DNA from: Abditibacterium sp.
GTDB lineage: Bacteria; Armatimonadota; Abditibacteriia; Abditibacteriales; Abditibacteriaceae
DNA: 64,000 nt
Assembly (NCBI GenBank): GCA_965246885.1
Contig: OZ251992.1
Location: forward strand, 3,136,001 to 3,200,000
Direction: 5' to 3'
Numbering within the stretch: the first letter of the stretch is position 1; each line of letters starts with the position of its first letter. Positions 33,901 through 43,214 of this stretch are shown one piece after another. The notes under the pieces were generated by a model. That model saw only the letters and a list, made by a program, of their open reading frames with translations. It did not search any database and was not told the origin of the DNA. Position numbers and translations under genes: made by a program.

Positions 33901-34452
33901 ATGAACACCCACCAAGGTTTTACGTTGTGGTTTACCGGTTTGTCGGGCGCGGGCAAATCTACTCTCTCGGAGCATCTCGAAGCGCAGTTCAAAAAGCGCG
34001 GGTATCGCGTCGAGGTGCTCGATGGCGATGTGGTGCGCACGCATTTAAGCAAGGGGCTGTCCTTTTCCAAGGAAGACCGCGACACGAACGTGCTGCGCAT
34101 CGGGTGGGTGTGTTCGCTCTTAGCGCGCAATGGGGTTATCGCGGTTTCGGCGGCGATTTCGCCCTACGCCGACGTGCGCGCGGAGTGCCGTAAGATGACC
34201 GAAGATTCGGGCGCGGCGTTTGTCGAGGTGTGGATGAACGCGCCCTTGGAAGTCGTGGCGGCGCGCGACGTGAAGGGGCTGTATAAGCGGGCACTCGCTG
34301 GAGAAATCCCGAACTTTACCGGGGTGTCCGACCCGTATGAGGCGCCCGACGCGCCCGAAGTGACAGTTGAAAGCGGGCGAGAATCGCTCGAAGACGGCGC
34401 GGCGCGGGTGCTGGGATACCTTGAAGCGCGCGGACTGGTAACGATGGAGTAA
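33901..34452 (+). CDS. cysC: Adenylyl-sulfate kinase
   Basis: 'WFTGLSGAGKST', 'LDGDVVR', 'RDVKGLY', 'FTGVSDPYE'. Confidence 0.97.
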   Translation: MNTHQGFTLWFTGLSGAGKSTLSEHLEAQFKKRGYRVEVLDGDVVRTHLSKGLSFSKEDRDTNVLRIGWVCSLLARNGVIAVSAAISPYADVRAECRKMTEDSGAAFVEVWMNAPLEVVAARDVKGLYKRALAGEIPNFTGVSDPYEAPDAPEVTVESGRESLEDGAARVLGYLEARGLVTME

Positions 34453-34461
34453 ACCCAAACC

Positions 34462-35349
34462 ATGCCGATAGATTTGCACGCCCATACGACGGCTTCCGAT
34501 GGCACGCTCTCGCCGCGCGAGTTAGTGATACACGCCAAGGAGGTGGGCTTGTCCGCCGTCGCCGTCTCGGATCACGACACGGTTGGCGGTTGGGCCGAAG
34601 CGCTGGAAGCGGCGCGCACTCTTGGAGATATTGCAGTGGTTCCGGCCATCGAGCTATCGGTCTCGAACGACGCGGGCAAGTTCCACCTGCTCGGTTATTT
34701 TCCCGGTCGCACGACGCTGGAGGGCACGGCGCTGGGCGCGGCGGTGGCGCAGTTGCAGACCGAGCGCGACGAGCGCAACACGCGCATTTACGAGAATCTG
34801 CGCGCGTTGGGCGCGTCCGTTGACCCGGCGCGCGTGCGCGCCATTGCGGGCGGCGGGGCGCAGATAGGGCGGCCCCACATCGCGCGGGCGCTTGTGGAAG
34901 GGGGGCACGCGGTCTCGATTCAGGACGCCTTCGACCGCTTCCTTGATGCGAACGGCCCCGCCTACGCGAGTAAAAAGGGACTGACGCCGGAAGAGGCCAT
35001 CGCGCTCATTCACGAGGCGGGCGGCGTCGCGGTGTGGGCGCACCCGACGCGTGGGCCGAGCGAGCGGGCCGAGGTGCTCGATTTTGCGCGCGGCGAGGAG
35101 CTTTTGCACCAATGGAAGGCGTGGGGGTTGGACGGGATGGAGGTGTACTACGGCGCGTATACGCCCGCAGAAGCCGCGTGGACGCTCTCCATGAGCGAGA
35201 AATACGGCTTGTTGGGAACGGGCGGCAGCGACTTTCACGGCGCGACAAAACCGGGCGTGCCGCTTAGCCGCGTCAATGGCGACGCGCGCGTGCCGGACGG
35301 GGTTTTGGGGGTCTTGGAAGCGCGGGCGAAAGGGAACAGGGGGGCGTAA
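34462..35349 (+). CDS. PHP domain phosphoesterase (TrpH/RNase AM-like)
   Basis: 'DLHAHTTASDG', 'SDHD', 'GRPHIA', 'GGSDFHG'. Confidence 0.92.
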   Translation: MPIDLHAHTTASDGTLSPRELVIHAKEVGLSAVAVSDHDTVGGWAEALEAARTLGDIAVVPAIELSVSNDAGKFHLLGYFPGRTTLEGTALGAAVAQLQTERDERNTRIYENLRALGASVDPARVRAIAGGGAQIGRPHIARALVEGGHAVSIQDAFDRFLDANGPAYASKKGLTPEEAIALIHEAGGVAVWAHPTRGPSERAEVLDFARGEELLHQWKAWGLDGMEVYYGAYTPAEAAWTLSMSEKYGLLGTGGSDFHGATKPGVPLSRVNGDARVPDGVLGVLEARAKGNRGA

Positions 35350-35472
35350 TTGTTCGTCTGGGTCGCGTCCCGCGACCTTGATGGAAAGGCGAACTCCGAT
35401 AAAGACCGCGCGCCTGTGGTAAAATCGCCCTGCTTTGCGTCGCTTTAAGCTTAAAGGCGCAAGTTCAAGGAG

Positions 35473-36780
35473 ATGCGCGTGCCGCTCAATCACATCAACC
35501 GTTCCATCGTTTCCGTTCCCGTCGTTGCCGTTGCTTTGTCGCTGGGCGTTGCCCTGCCCGTTCTCGCCCAAACCGATTTGCCGCCCGCTCCCGCGCCGAG
35601 CACCGTTTCCAAAGGGAATTTGTCGGCGGCCTCGCTTGTTAAAGAAGCCTTGGACATCGCGGGCCGCGTGCAAGGCGCGCGGCCCGTCGTGGTGCGCGGC
35701 GCGGCGGGGTTGTTGCCGCGCCTGCCCAAAGCCGACCGCGACGCGCTGACGGCGCACTGGCTGCGTTACGCGACCTCGCCCACCGTTGCGCGCGGCGCGC
35801 GGGGTGATGCCTTGGCCGCCTTTTTCGATGTCGCGGCGCGCGCGGACGCCAACTACGCCGAGAAAATCGCGTTGCAAGCGCCCGATGCCGCCGCGCGTTC
35901 GGGCGGGTTATTGCAGGTGTCCCGCGCCGTCAGCCGGATGGATTGGCAACGCGCCGATGACCTGTTGGGGAGCGCCCTGCGCGCCGCTCACGAGGAGCCG
36001 GACGCCCTCTTGCGCGCGAGGGCGCTTGTGTTTGGCGCGTATCGCGCGAGCGAACTCAATCCGGCGCGCGTCGAAGAGACGCTAAAAGACGCGCAGAGGC
36101 AGGTGGACGCCCTCCCCAACGGGAAGGAAAAGGATTACCTCCTGTTGGAACTGTCCGGCGCCGCCGCGCAGTATGACCTTCCCAATGCCCGTAAATTGGT
36201 AGGGCGTATCGAGGACAAAGACCTTAAGACCCTCGCCACCGCGCGCGTAGGACTTTCGGAGATTTCCCAGACCTCGTTGCGCGAATCTACCACCGACCGC
36301 GTGCGCGCCCTCGCTACTGCCGCCGCGCCTTATGACTCGCGTGCCCTGCCCACGCTGTTGCAACTGCCCACCGAACCGGATGTGCTCAAAGCCGTTTCGC
36401 AAACCTTGCCGCCCATTTATCCGTCGGCTCACCCCGCCATAGATGCCTCGCAGTTGGAAACGCTGTGGGACTACTCGCAAAAAGCGCCCGAAGGGGTTTA
36501 CCGCGACGAGTTGCAGTCCCGTTTGGCGCGCTTGATGGTGCTCAGCGACCTGTGGCGCGGGCGCGATTGGGGTAAGCAACTCGCGTGGAAAGGCGGGCGT
36601 GTGCAGGTGGGCGCGTTCCTGAAGCAGGTGCTCGAAGCGCGCCAATCGCAGCTTCACGCCGGTGCCCTACAAGACACCGCGAAGACCGATGCCGACGCTG
36701 CTTACGCCCAGACCAAAAAACTGGCTCCCGCCGCCCGCGCCGAAGCGTTGCTGTTGTTGGCGGGACAGGTATTGGGGTAG
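35473..36780 (+). CDS. Hypothetical secreted, largely helical protein
   Basis: RBS aggag; signal peptide ending 'VLAQ'; 435-aa ORF. Confidence 0.7.
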   Translation: MRVPLNHINRSIVSVPVVAVALSLGVALPVLAQTDLPPAPAPSTVSKGNLSAASLVKEALDIAGRVQGARPVVVRGAAGLLPRLPKADRDALTAHWLRYATSPTVARGARGDALAAFFDVAARADANYAEKIALQAPDAAARSGGLLQVSRAVSRMDWQRADDLLGSALRAAHEEPDALLRARALVFGAYRASELNPARVEETLKDAQRQVDALPNGKEKDYLLLELSGAAAQYDLPNARKLVGRIEDKDLKTLATARVGLSEISQTSLRESTTDRVRALATAAAPYDSRALPTLLQLPTEPDVLKAVSQTLPPIYPSAHPAIDASQLETLWDYSQKAPEGVYRDELQSRLARLMVLSDLWRGRDWGKQLAWKGGRVQVGAFLKQVLEARQSQLHAGALQDTAKTDADAAYAQTKKLAPAARAEALLLLAGQVLG

Positions 36781-36784
36781 AAGT

Positions 36785-36896
36785 CAAAGCGACTGAAGTC
36801 GCAGCCAGCGGGGCCGTCGGCAAAGGCCGACGGCCCGACTGAGAACTACGTCGGCGAAGGCCGACGGCCCTGCTGGCTGCGACTTCAGTCGCTTTG
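36785..36896. repeat. REPIN-like nested-palindrome hairpin, copy 3
   Basis: caaagcgactgaagtcgcagccagc...gctggctgcgacttcagtcgctttg; includes the stop of the convergent CDF gene. Confidence 0.93.
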
Positions 36897-37460
36897 GCGC
36901 TCCTTGCGCGCCGCGACATAAACCTCGCGCGCCGCGTCCAAGTTGAGGGCGAAGATCCCCGCGCCCACGATCAAATCGGGCCACGCCGCGCGCCAAAACA
37001 ACGTGACGCCCCCCGCCGCGATGATGGCGACGTTGGCAAGGGCATCGTTGCGCGCCGACAAGAAGGCGGCGCGCGTTAGGCTCCCAGCGTGCGCGCGGAA
37101 ACGGGCCAAGAGGGTGGCGCAGAACAGATTGACCCCAAGCGCGCCCAATCCGGTGAGCGACAACAGCGCCGCGTCCGGCGCGCTCGCATGATAAAGTTTG
37201 CCCCACGCCGTCCACAATGTCGCCAACCCCGGCAAGAGGAGCACCCCCGCCATCCCCGTCCCGACCAGCGAGCGCCGCCGCGCGCTCCACCCCAGCGCGA
37301 GCAAAATCAAGCCGTTAACCGCCGCATCTTCCAGAAAATCAATTGAATCCGCGAGGAGCGAGACCGACCCAATATGCCGCGCGACCCCGAACTCGACGCC
37401 AAAGTAAGCGAGGTTGAGGAAAACGACAAGGGCAACGGTATAGCGGAGGGAGTTGTTCAC
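36885..37460 (-). CDS. Cation diffusion facilitator-type transporter (short, TM-only)
   Basis: 'SVSLLADSIDFLEDA', 'AAFLSARNDALAN', 'WPDLIVG'. Confidence 0.88.
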   Translation of the reverse strand: MNNSLRYTVALVVFLNLAYFGVEFGVARHIGSVSLLADSIDFLEDAAVNGLILLALGWSARRRSLVGTGMAGVLLLPGLATLWTAWGKLYHASAPDAALLSLTGLGALGVNLFCATLLARFRAHAGSLTRAAFLSARNDALANVAIIAAGGVTLFWRAAWPDLIVGAGIFALNLDAAREVYVAARKERQSD

Positions 37461-37647
37461 GGTGGGAGTTTGGCGCACGCCTTCGGGGATATAAAATCCC
37501 CGGCATCCGGCTTCGCCAAGTGTCCTATCGGACACGGGGCAGACCCGGCGCGTTAGGGCAGCACGTCCGGCAGGACGTTTGGGCGCTTGCGCCCGGATGC
37601 CGGGGATTTCATATCCCCGAAAGCATCGAACATTAAACTGCCCCGCC

Positions 37648-37932
37648 ATGAACCCCGAACCGCCCCCTATTGCCAAGTCGAAGGCACTCAATTATGTGTT
37701 TGTGGGGGTTTCTCTCTTTGTCTTGGGTGTAATCTGCATGGGTGGCCTTGCGCTCCGCGTCGCTGGAATTCCCACGCCACGCCCTTCCACCCCTTCCGCA
37801 TTGATTGGCTCGGCACTCATGGGATTGGTCTTTTGCTACCTTGGCCTTCAAATGATGCGTGGCGGTTGGCGTCTTCTCAAACCCCGCCAATCCCCACCCT
37901 CTCCATCCCCTCAAACTCTCCCCCATGCCTAA
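37648..37932 (+). CDS. Small two-TM membrane protein
   Basis: Two hydrophobic helices; stop overlaps der start. Confidence 0.55.
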   Translation: MNPEPPPIAKSKALNYVFVGVSLFVLGVICMGGLALRVAGIPTPRPSTPSALIGSALMGLVFCYLGLQMMRGGWRLLKPRQSPPSPSPQTLPHA

Positions 37933-39283
37933 ACCGTTAATCGCCATTGTGGGGCGGCCCAATGTTGGGAAAAGCCACTTGTTTAACCGCCTTGCGCGGC
38001 AACGCATCGCGCTTGTCGAGGATTTCGAGGGGACGACGCGCGACCGATTGTATCAGTCCATCGAGATTTGGGGGCGCGAGTGCTTGCTCATTGACACCGG
38101 CGGCTTCGACTCGATGGATAAAGAGGGCTACACGCCCGCCATTTTGGGTTCGACGCAACTGGCCATCGAAGAGGCCGACATCATCGTGTTCATGGTGGAC
38201 GGGCGCGAGGAACCGACGACGCTCGATTACGAGATCGCCGACGTGCTGCGCAAAACGAAGAAGCCCGTCATCGTCGCCGCCAACAAGCTCGACACGCTCG
38301 CCATGAAGCCCGCCAACCATTACGCACTTCGCATGGGGCAACCGCTTCCCGTCAGCGCCGCGACCGGCTTTGGCGTGGCGGAGTTGACGGAGAAAATCGA
38401 GGATTACCTGCCGCCCAAAGCCGACGACGAGGAGGAAGACCCCGACCGCATCCGCATTTCCATCGTCGGGCGCCCGAACGTCGGCAAGTCGCAACTGACC
38501 AACACCCTCCTCGGCTTCGACCGCTCGATTGTCTCCCCCGTTCCCGGCACGACGCGCGACGCCGTTGACACGCCCCTCGACTGGAACGGCGAGAAGCTGC
38601 TGCTCATTGACACGGCGGGAATGCGCCGCAAATCGCGCGTCAAACGCGACGAAACCTCGGTCGAATACCACATGGTTTTGCGCTCGCTCAAGGCCATTGA
38701 CCGCGCGCACGTCGTCGTGTTGCTGCTCGACGCGGGCGGCGTCACCGACCAAGACACCAAAATCGCGGGCTACGCTTTCGAGGCCGGAAAGCCGCTCGTC
38801 ATTGCCGTCAACAAGTGGGACTTAATCGAGAACCAGCCCGGCAACCCCGAAAAGCGCACGATGGCCCAGAAGGATTACGAGGCCAACCTCAATAACTACT
38901 TCGCCTTCGTCTCCTACGCGCCGGTCATGTTCCTGAGCGGCGAGAAAGGCTGGGGCGTGCAAGAGTTAATCGCCGACGCCCTCAACATTGCGCCCAACGG
39001 CCAACTGCGCATTGCGACCGGCCCGCTCAACGACATGATCCGCCGCTCGATTGCCGAGCACCCGATTCCAAGCGTCAAGGGTCGTCCCGTCAAGTTCCGC
39101 TACGCCACGCAGTTCGCCATCAACCCGCCCAAAATCGCCGTCTTCGTCAACCAGCCTGAACTGCTCCATTTCTCCTATGTTCGCCGCATCGAGAACGTGG
39201 TGCGCGCCAAATTCCCCTTTCGCGGCGTGCCTTTGAAAATCGAAGTCCGCAAGTCCAATCCGCGCGACGAGAAGGGAGAATAG
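37925..39283 (+). CDS. der: Ribosome biogenesis GTPase Der
   Basis: Two 'GRPNVGKS' G domains, 'DTGG'/'DTAG', 'NKLD'/'NKWD'. Confidence 0.98.
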   Translation: MPKPLIAIVGRPNVGKSHLFNRLARQRIALVEDFEGTTRDRLYQSIEIWGRECLLIDTGGFDSMDKEGYTPAILGSTQLAIEEADIIVFMVDGREEPTTLDYEIADVLRKTKKPVIVAANKLDTLAMKPANHYALRMGQPLPVSAATGFGVAELTEKIEDYLPPKADDEEEDPDRIRISIVGRPNVGKSQLTNTLLGFDRSIVSPVPGTTRDAVDTPLDWNGEKLLLIDTAGMRRKSRVKRDETSVEYHMVLRSLKAIDRAHVVVLLLDAGGVTDQDTKIAGYAFEAGKPLVIAVNKWDLIENQPGNPEKRTMAQKDYEANLNNYFAFVSYAPVMFLSGEKGWGVQELIADALNIAPNGQLRIATGPLNDMIRRSIAEHPIPSVKGRPVKFRYATQFAINPPKIAVFVNQPELLHFSYVRRIENVVRAKFPFRGVPLKIEVRKSNPRDEKGE

Positions 39284-39313
39284 GTGTTCCTTTCACGTAT
39301 AGTCAATTACGGT

Positions 39314-40378
39314 ATGCACTACTCCCGTTCCGACATCGAAGCCATAGCGAGCCAGAAGCCCGCGCCAGCGACGTGCGTTTTCGCGCCGGAGGGCACGTTC
39401 GATGAGGACGCTCTGGCGGGCCTGTCGGGGGCGGCGCGCTTGCCATACGTGGTTTTCGACGGCTCGCCGCTTTCGCGGGCGAACCTGCTGGCGCTCGCCG
39501 ACCTCCCGACGACCGTGCGCCTTAGCCTGTCCAAGTGCCGCTTTGAAGGGAAAGACTTCGCCGCGTTCTGCGACGCACTGGCACGCGGCGGCTCGCCCAA
39601 GCTCAGCGAGTTGCTACTCGCGGGCACCCCCGTTGGCGACGAAGAGTTGCGCGCGCTGGCGGCGGTCACGCGGCTGAAGAGACTTGTGCTCGACGGCACG
39701 CGCGTCACCGACGCGGGGCTGGCGCCCCTACTCTCGCTCACAAAGCTGGAACTGCTGGGCCTGAATCGCACTCAGGTTTCCGACGCGGGCGTTCTGGCGC
39801 TGGCGAGTCTGCCCAAAGTTGTCGTTGGCCTCGCCGAGCAAAACGGGTGGTCGTCCGACACCGCCGAGACGTTCTTCCGCGCGCAGTTGGCGCTGGTTCT
39901 GGCCAAGAAGAAGCGCGACCCGGCGCAACTCGAAGCGGCGGACGCGGTGATGCGCGCGTTCTTGCGGGAGATGGAAGCATGGGAACGCTCGGTGTGGGGA
40001 CGCGCCCGCGCCATAGAGGAGAAATACAAAGCGGCGCGTCCCTACCCCAGCACGCTGGCCCCGGACGAAGTGCCCGAAACCGAGGCGTTATGGGTCGTGA
40101 TGAACGAGGAGAAAGCCGCCCTTGTAGACAAGTATTGTTCCATCGGTCTTCTCGCGCGCGGCGCGGGGCGCGCTGCATGGTATGGCGACCCGCCCAACTT
40201 CGAGGCGCAACGCGGCGACTGGATGGGAAGCGAGACGCCCTCGCCCATCACGACCATATTCTACGGGCCGGGCCGCAACGGTTGGCATCGCCGTTACACG
40301 CTCAAGCTGGAACTGCGCCGGTGGAAAGTGGACGAAGTGCAACGGTGGATGAGCGGCTGGAAGCGCGACATGGTGTAA
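39314..40378 (+). CDS. Leucine-rich repeat protein with C-terminal NTF2-fold immunity-like domain
   Basis: LRRs 'LSELLLAGTPVGD', 'LKRLVLDGTRVTD', 'LELLGLNRTQVSD'; C-term 'FLREMEAWE...DKYC...YGDPP...RYTL...WKVD'. Confidence 0.7.
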   Translation: MHYSRSDIEAIASQKPAPATCVFAPEGTFDEDALAGLSGAARLPYVVFDGSPLSRANLLALADLPTTVRLSLSKCRFEGKDFAAFCDALARGGSPKLSELLLAGTPVGDEELRALAAVTRLKRLVLDGTRVTDAGLAPLLSLTKLELLGLNRTQVSDAGVLALASLPKVVVGLAEQNGWSSDTAETFFRAQLALVLAKKKRDPAQLEAADAVMRAFLREMEAWERSVWGRARAIEEKYKAARPYPSTLAPDEVPETEALWVVMNEEKAALVDKYCSIGLLARGAGRAAWYGDPPNFEAQRGDWMGSETPSPITTIFYGPGRNGWHRRYTLKLELRRWKVDEVQRWMSGWKRDMV

Positions 40379-40411
40379 CCGTGCGGCGCGGGGTCTGGGA
40401 AACTGACGGCC

Positions 40412-41008
40412 ATGATTCTCCTCGCCCTACTCCTCGCCTTCCTCGTCGGTTCGATTCCCTTTGGCGTGCTGCTGGGCCGCGCGCGGGGGGTGGACGTGCG
40501 CTCGGTCGGGTCGGGCAACATTGGCGCAACCAACGTGTGGCGCGCGCTTGGGCCGACGTTTGGCGTCCTGTCGTTCGCGCTCGATGTCGGCAAGGGCATC
40601 GCGGGGCCGCTCATCGGGCGCGCACTTCTGCATCCCCCGGTCGAGTGGGCTATCGCCGCGTGTGGCATCGCGGCTGTGCTGGGCCACATCTTCTCACCGT
40701 TTCTCGGATTCAAAGGCGGCAAGGGCATCTCCACGTCTCTGGGCGCCCTCTTCGGCCTCATCCCCTACGTTGGCCTCGCCGCCCTCGCTGTTTGGGCCGT
40801 CGTGCTGGGCGCGAGCCGCATGATTTCCGCCGCGTCGGTCGCCGCGTGCCTCGCGCTCCCCTTACTCGCCTTCGTCTTCCACACCCCCACGCCCTCCGTC
40901 GTCGTAGCGACGCTGATGAGCGCCTTCGCCCTCGTGAAACACGTCCCAAACCTCAAGCGCATCCGCGCGGGCACAGAGCCGAGGATCGGCGCAAAGAAAG
41001 CGGCGTAA
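40412..41008 (+). CDS. plsY: Glycerol-3-phosphate acyltransferase
   Basis: 'GSIPFG', 'GSGNIGATN', 'GFKGGKG', 'KHVPNLKR'. Confidence 0.96.
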   Translation: MILLALLLAFLVGSIPFGVLLGRARGVDVRSVGSGNIGATNVWRALGPTFGVLSFALDVGKGIAGPLIGRALLHPPVEWAIAACGIAAVLGHIFSPFLGFKGGKGISTSLGALFGLIPYVGLAALAVWAVVLGASRMISAASVAACLALPLLAFVFHTPTPSVVVATLMSAFALVKHVPNLKRIRAGTEPRIGAKKAA

Positions 41009-41017
41009 ATTATACCT

Positions 41018-42028
41018 ATGAAAATCGCGGTTTTGGGGGCGGGGAGTTGGGGAGTGGGTCTCGCGGTGTTAGCGGTGCGGGCCGGGCACGACGTGACTTT
41101 GTGGGGGCGCGATGCCGGGAAAATGGGCGAGTTGGCGCGCATGGGCACAAGTCCGTTCTTCCCCGGCTTCGTGTTGCCGCCGATTGAGTTCGCGTCCGAT
41201 TTGGGGCGGGCGTTGGAAGGGGCATCCGTTGCGGTGTGCGCCCTCCCGTGCGCGACGTTACCGGAAATGGCGCCGCAATTTGTGCCGCTCTTGACCACTG
41301 GGTGTGTGTTAGTGTGCGGGTCAAAGGGGTTGCATCCGGTGTTGGGGCTGCGGCCTTCGGAAATGTGGCAGGCGGCGGGGTTAAATGAATCACGATTCGT
41401 GGCGCTGTCGGGGCCGAATTTGGCGGGCGAGATCGTGGTGGGCGCGGCGACTTCTTCGGTCGTGGCGTCGAGCGACCCCGACGCGGCTGCGACGGCGCGG
41501 CTGGCTTTCGATGGCGAAACGTTTCGCGTTTATACGCACACCGATGTGTTGGGCGTGGAGTTGGGCGGCGCGCTGAAGAACGTGGTCGCCATCGCTGCGG
41601 GGTTAGGCGACGGCAAGGGGTTCGGCGACAACGCCAAAGCCGCCCTCATGACGCGGCACTGGCGCGAAATGGCGCGGTTGGCAACGGCGCTCGGCGCGCG
41701 CGAAGCGACTCTATGGGGCTTGTCGGGCTTGGGCGACTTGTTGGCGACGTGCGCGAGCGCCCGCAGTCGCAACCACCGTTTGGGCGTGTTGTTGGGGCAG
41801 GGCCACACGCTGGGAAGCGCACAAGCGGAGATTGGGCAGACCATCGAGGGCATCAACACGGCTCGCGCCGCGCTCGAACTGGGCGCCCGCAACGGCGTGT
41901 TCTTGCCAGTAACGCAGGGGCTGGGCGCGATCCTGTTCGGGGGCATGCCGGTCGAAACGGCGTTAACAGCGCTGATGCGGCGCGAGGGGCGCAGCCAAAG
42001 CGAGGACGAAACGCCGCGCGCTTTATAA
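41018..42028 (+). CDS. gpsA: NAD(P)H-dependent glycerol-3-phosphate dehydrogenase
   Basis: 'GAGSWG', 'LSGPNLA', 'GALKNV', 'GLGDL', 'SRN'. Confidence 0.97.
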   Translation: MKIAVLGAGSWGVGLAVLAVRAGHDVTLWGRDAGKMGELARMGTSPFFPGFVLPPIEFASDLGRALEGASVAVCALPCATLPEMAPQFVPLLTTGCVLVCGSKGLHPVLGLRPSEMWQAAGLNESRFVALSGPNLAGEIVVGAATSSVVASSDPDAAATARLAFDGETFRVYTHTDVLGVELGGALKNVVAIAAGLGDGKGFGDNAKAALMTRHWREMARLATALGAREATLWGLSGLGDLLATCASARSRNHRLGVLLGQGHTLGSAQAEIGQTIEGINTARAALELGARNGVFLPVTQGLGAILFGGMPVETALTALMRREGRSQSEDETPRAL

Positions 42029-42192
42029 AGCCATTCGCGCACGGGGAAAATAAATATTTCCCTTTATAAAGCCATTTGCCCTTTTCAAGTGGGCGCGGGG
42101 GTGATAAGGTTGAAGGCGTGCCCCGATTTTTGGGCGACGTTGGCTTTATAAAGCGAACGTTGGAAGCGGAAGAAACGGGAGTTTTTATCTCT

Positions 42193-42666
42193 ATGGCAGA
42201 CATCATGAACCGTAGCGACGTGCTGAGCACGGTCGCGGCTGAGTGCGACTTGTCCTCGGCCAAAGTGGACGCTGTTCTCAAAGCCTTCGAGGGCGCCATT
42301 GGGCGCTCGCTCGCAGGCGGCGGCGAAGTGCGAATTGCCGGGTTCGGCACGTTCAAAACTTCGCAGCGAAGCGCTCGCACCTCGCGCAACCCGCGCACGG
42401 GCGAACCCGTAGATGTCCCGGCGCGCACTGCCGCCCGCTTCATCCCCGGCAAAGGACTCAAAACCGCCGCCGAAGGCGCCGGAGCCACCACCGCCGCGCC
42501 CGCCAAGGGAGGCAAAACCGCCGCGAAAGCCGCACCCGCCAAGAGCGCCGCCGCCAAAGCCGCGCCCGCCAAAGGCGCTAAAGCTGACGCCAAAGCCGCT
42601 CCCGCCAAAAAAGCCGGGAAGAGCGATGCCAAAGCCGACAAAGCCCCAGCGAAAAAGAAAAAGTAG
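42193..42666 (+). CDS. hup: HU family DNA-binding protein with Ala/Lys/Pro-rich tail
   Basis: 'GFGTF', 'RNPRTGE', 'FIPGKGLK'; repeated 'KAAPAK'. Confidence 0.93.
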   Translation: MADIMNRSDVLSTVAAECDLSSAKVDAVLKAFEGAIGRSLAGGGEVRIAGFGTFKTSQRSARTSRNPRTGEPVDVPARTAARFIPGKGLKTAAEGAGATTAAPAKGGKTAAKAAPAKSAAAKAAPAKGAKADAKAAPAKKAGKSDAKADKAPAKKKK

Positions 42667-42688
42667 CACACTCTTTTTAAGTGCGCCT

Positions 42689-42720
42689 GCGCCGCTCGTA
42701 CGCAACGAGCGGCGCTTCTT
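42689..42720 (+). terminator. Intrinsic terminator after HU
   Basis: gcgccgctcgt-acgca-acgagcggcgc-ttctt. Confidence 0.65.
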
Positions 42721-42822
42721 ATGGCGCGCGGTTGAAGCGGCGCGCAATTTCGCGCAAACTGCGTCCGCTTCGCAAGAGATGCTCTAAGGCACAATCCTTG
42801 CTTGCGACTTCCACGATTAACT

Positions 42823-43152
42823 ATGAAAATCTCGCAACTTTCTGTTCTGGCAGTGCTGGCTTTGGCCGCTCCGAGCGCCTTCGCGCAAACCGCCCCCGGT
42901 GCCCCCGGTGGCGCCACCACCACGACGACCACAACAACCACTGACGCTTCGTCCGTCACCAACGCCGGTTCCGCGTTCGCCACTGATTCCTCGGCCACCA
43001 CCGGCAACACCGATCCCGTTAGCATTGATCCCGCGCCCAAAGGCGAAATGGCCAACACCGGCGGCGAGCCGGAATTGATGTTCCTCGCGGGCCTTGCGCT
43101 TGCGTCGGGTGGATTACTTTTGCGCCGCAAAACTGGCGCGTCGCGCGCCTAA
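42823..43152 (+). CDS. Small secreted Thr-rich protein with LPXTG-like C-terminal sorting signal
   Basis: Signal peptide 'SAFA|Q'; T9 run; 'MANTGG', hydrophobic helix, 'RRK'. Confidence 0.75.
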   Translation: MKISQLSVLAVLALAAPSAFAQTAPGAPGGATTTTTTTTTDASSVTNAGSAFATDSSATTGNTDPVSIDPAPKGEMANTGGEPELMFLAGLALASGGLLLRRKTGASRA

Positions 43153-43169
43153 ATTGGCTTTGCTGTTCC

Positions 43170-43204
43170 AAAACCCCCTGCACGCACGCAGGGGGTTTTC
43201 GTTT
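43170..43204 (+). terminator. Intrinsic terminator
   Basis: aaaaccccctgc-acgcac-gcagggggtttt. Confidence 0.75.
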
Positions 43205-43214
43205 ACTTAAGCCC

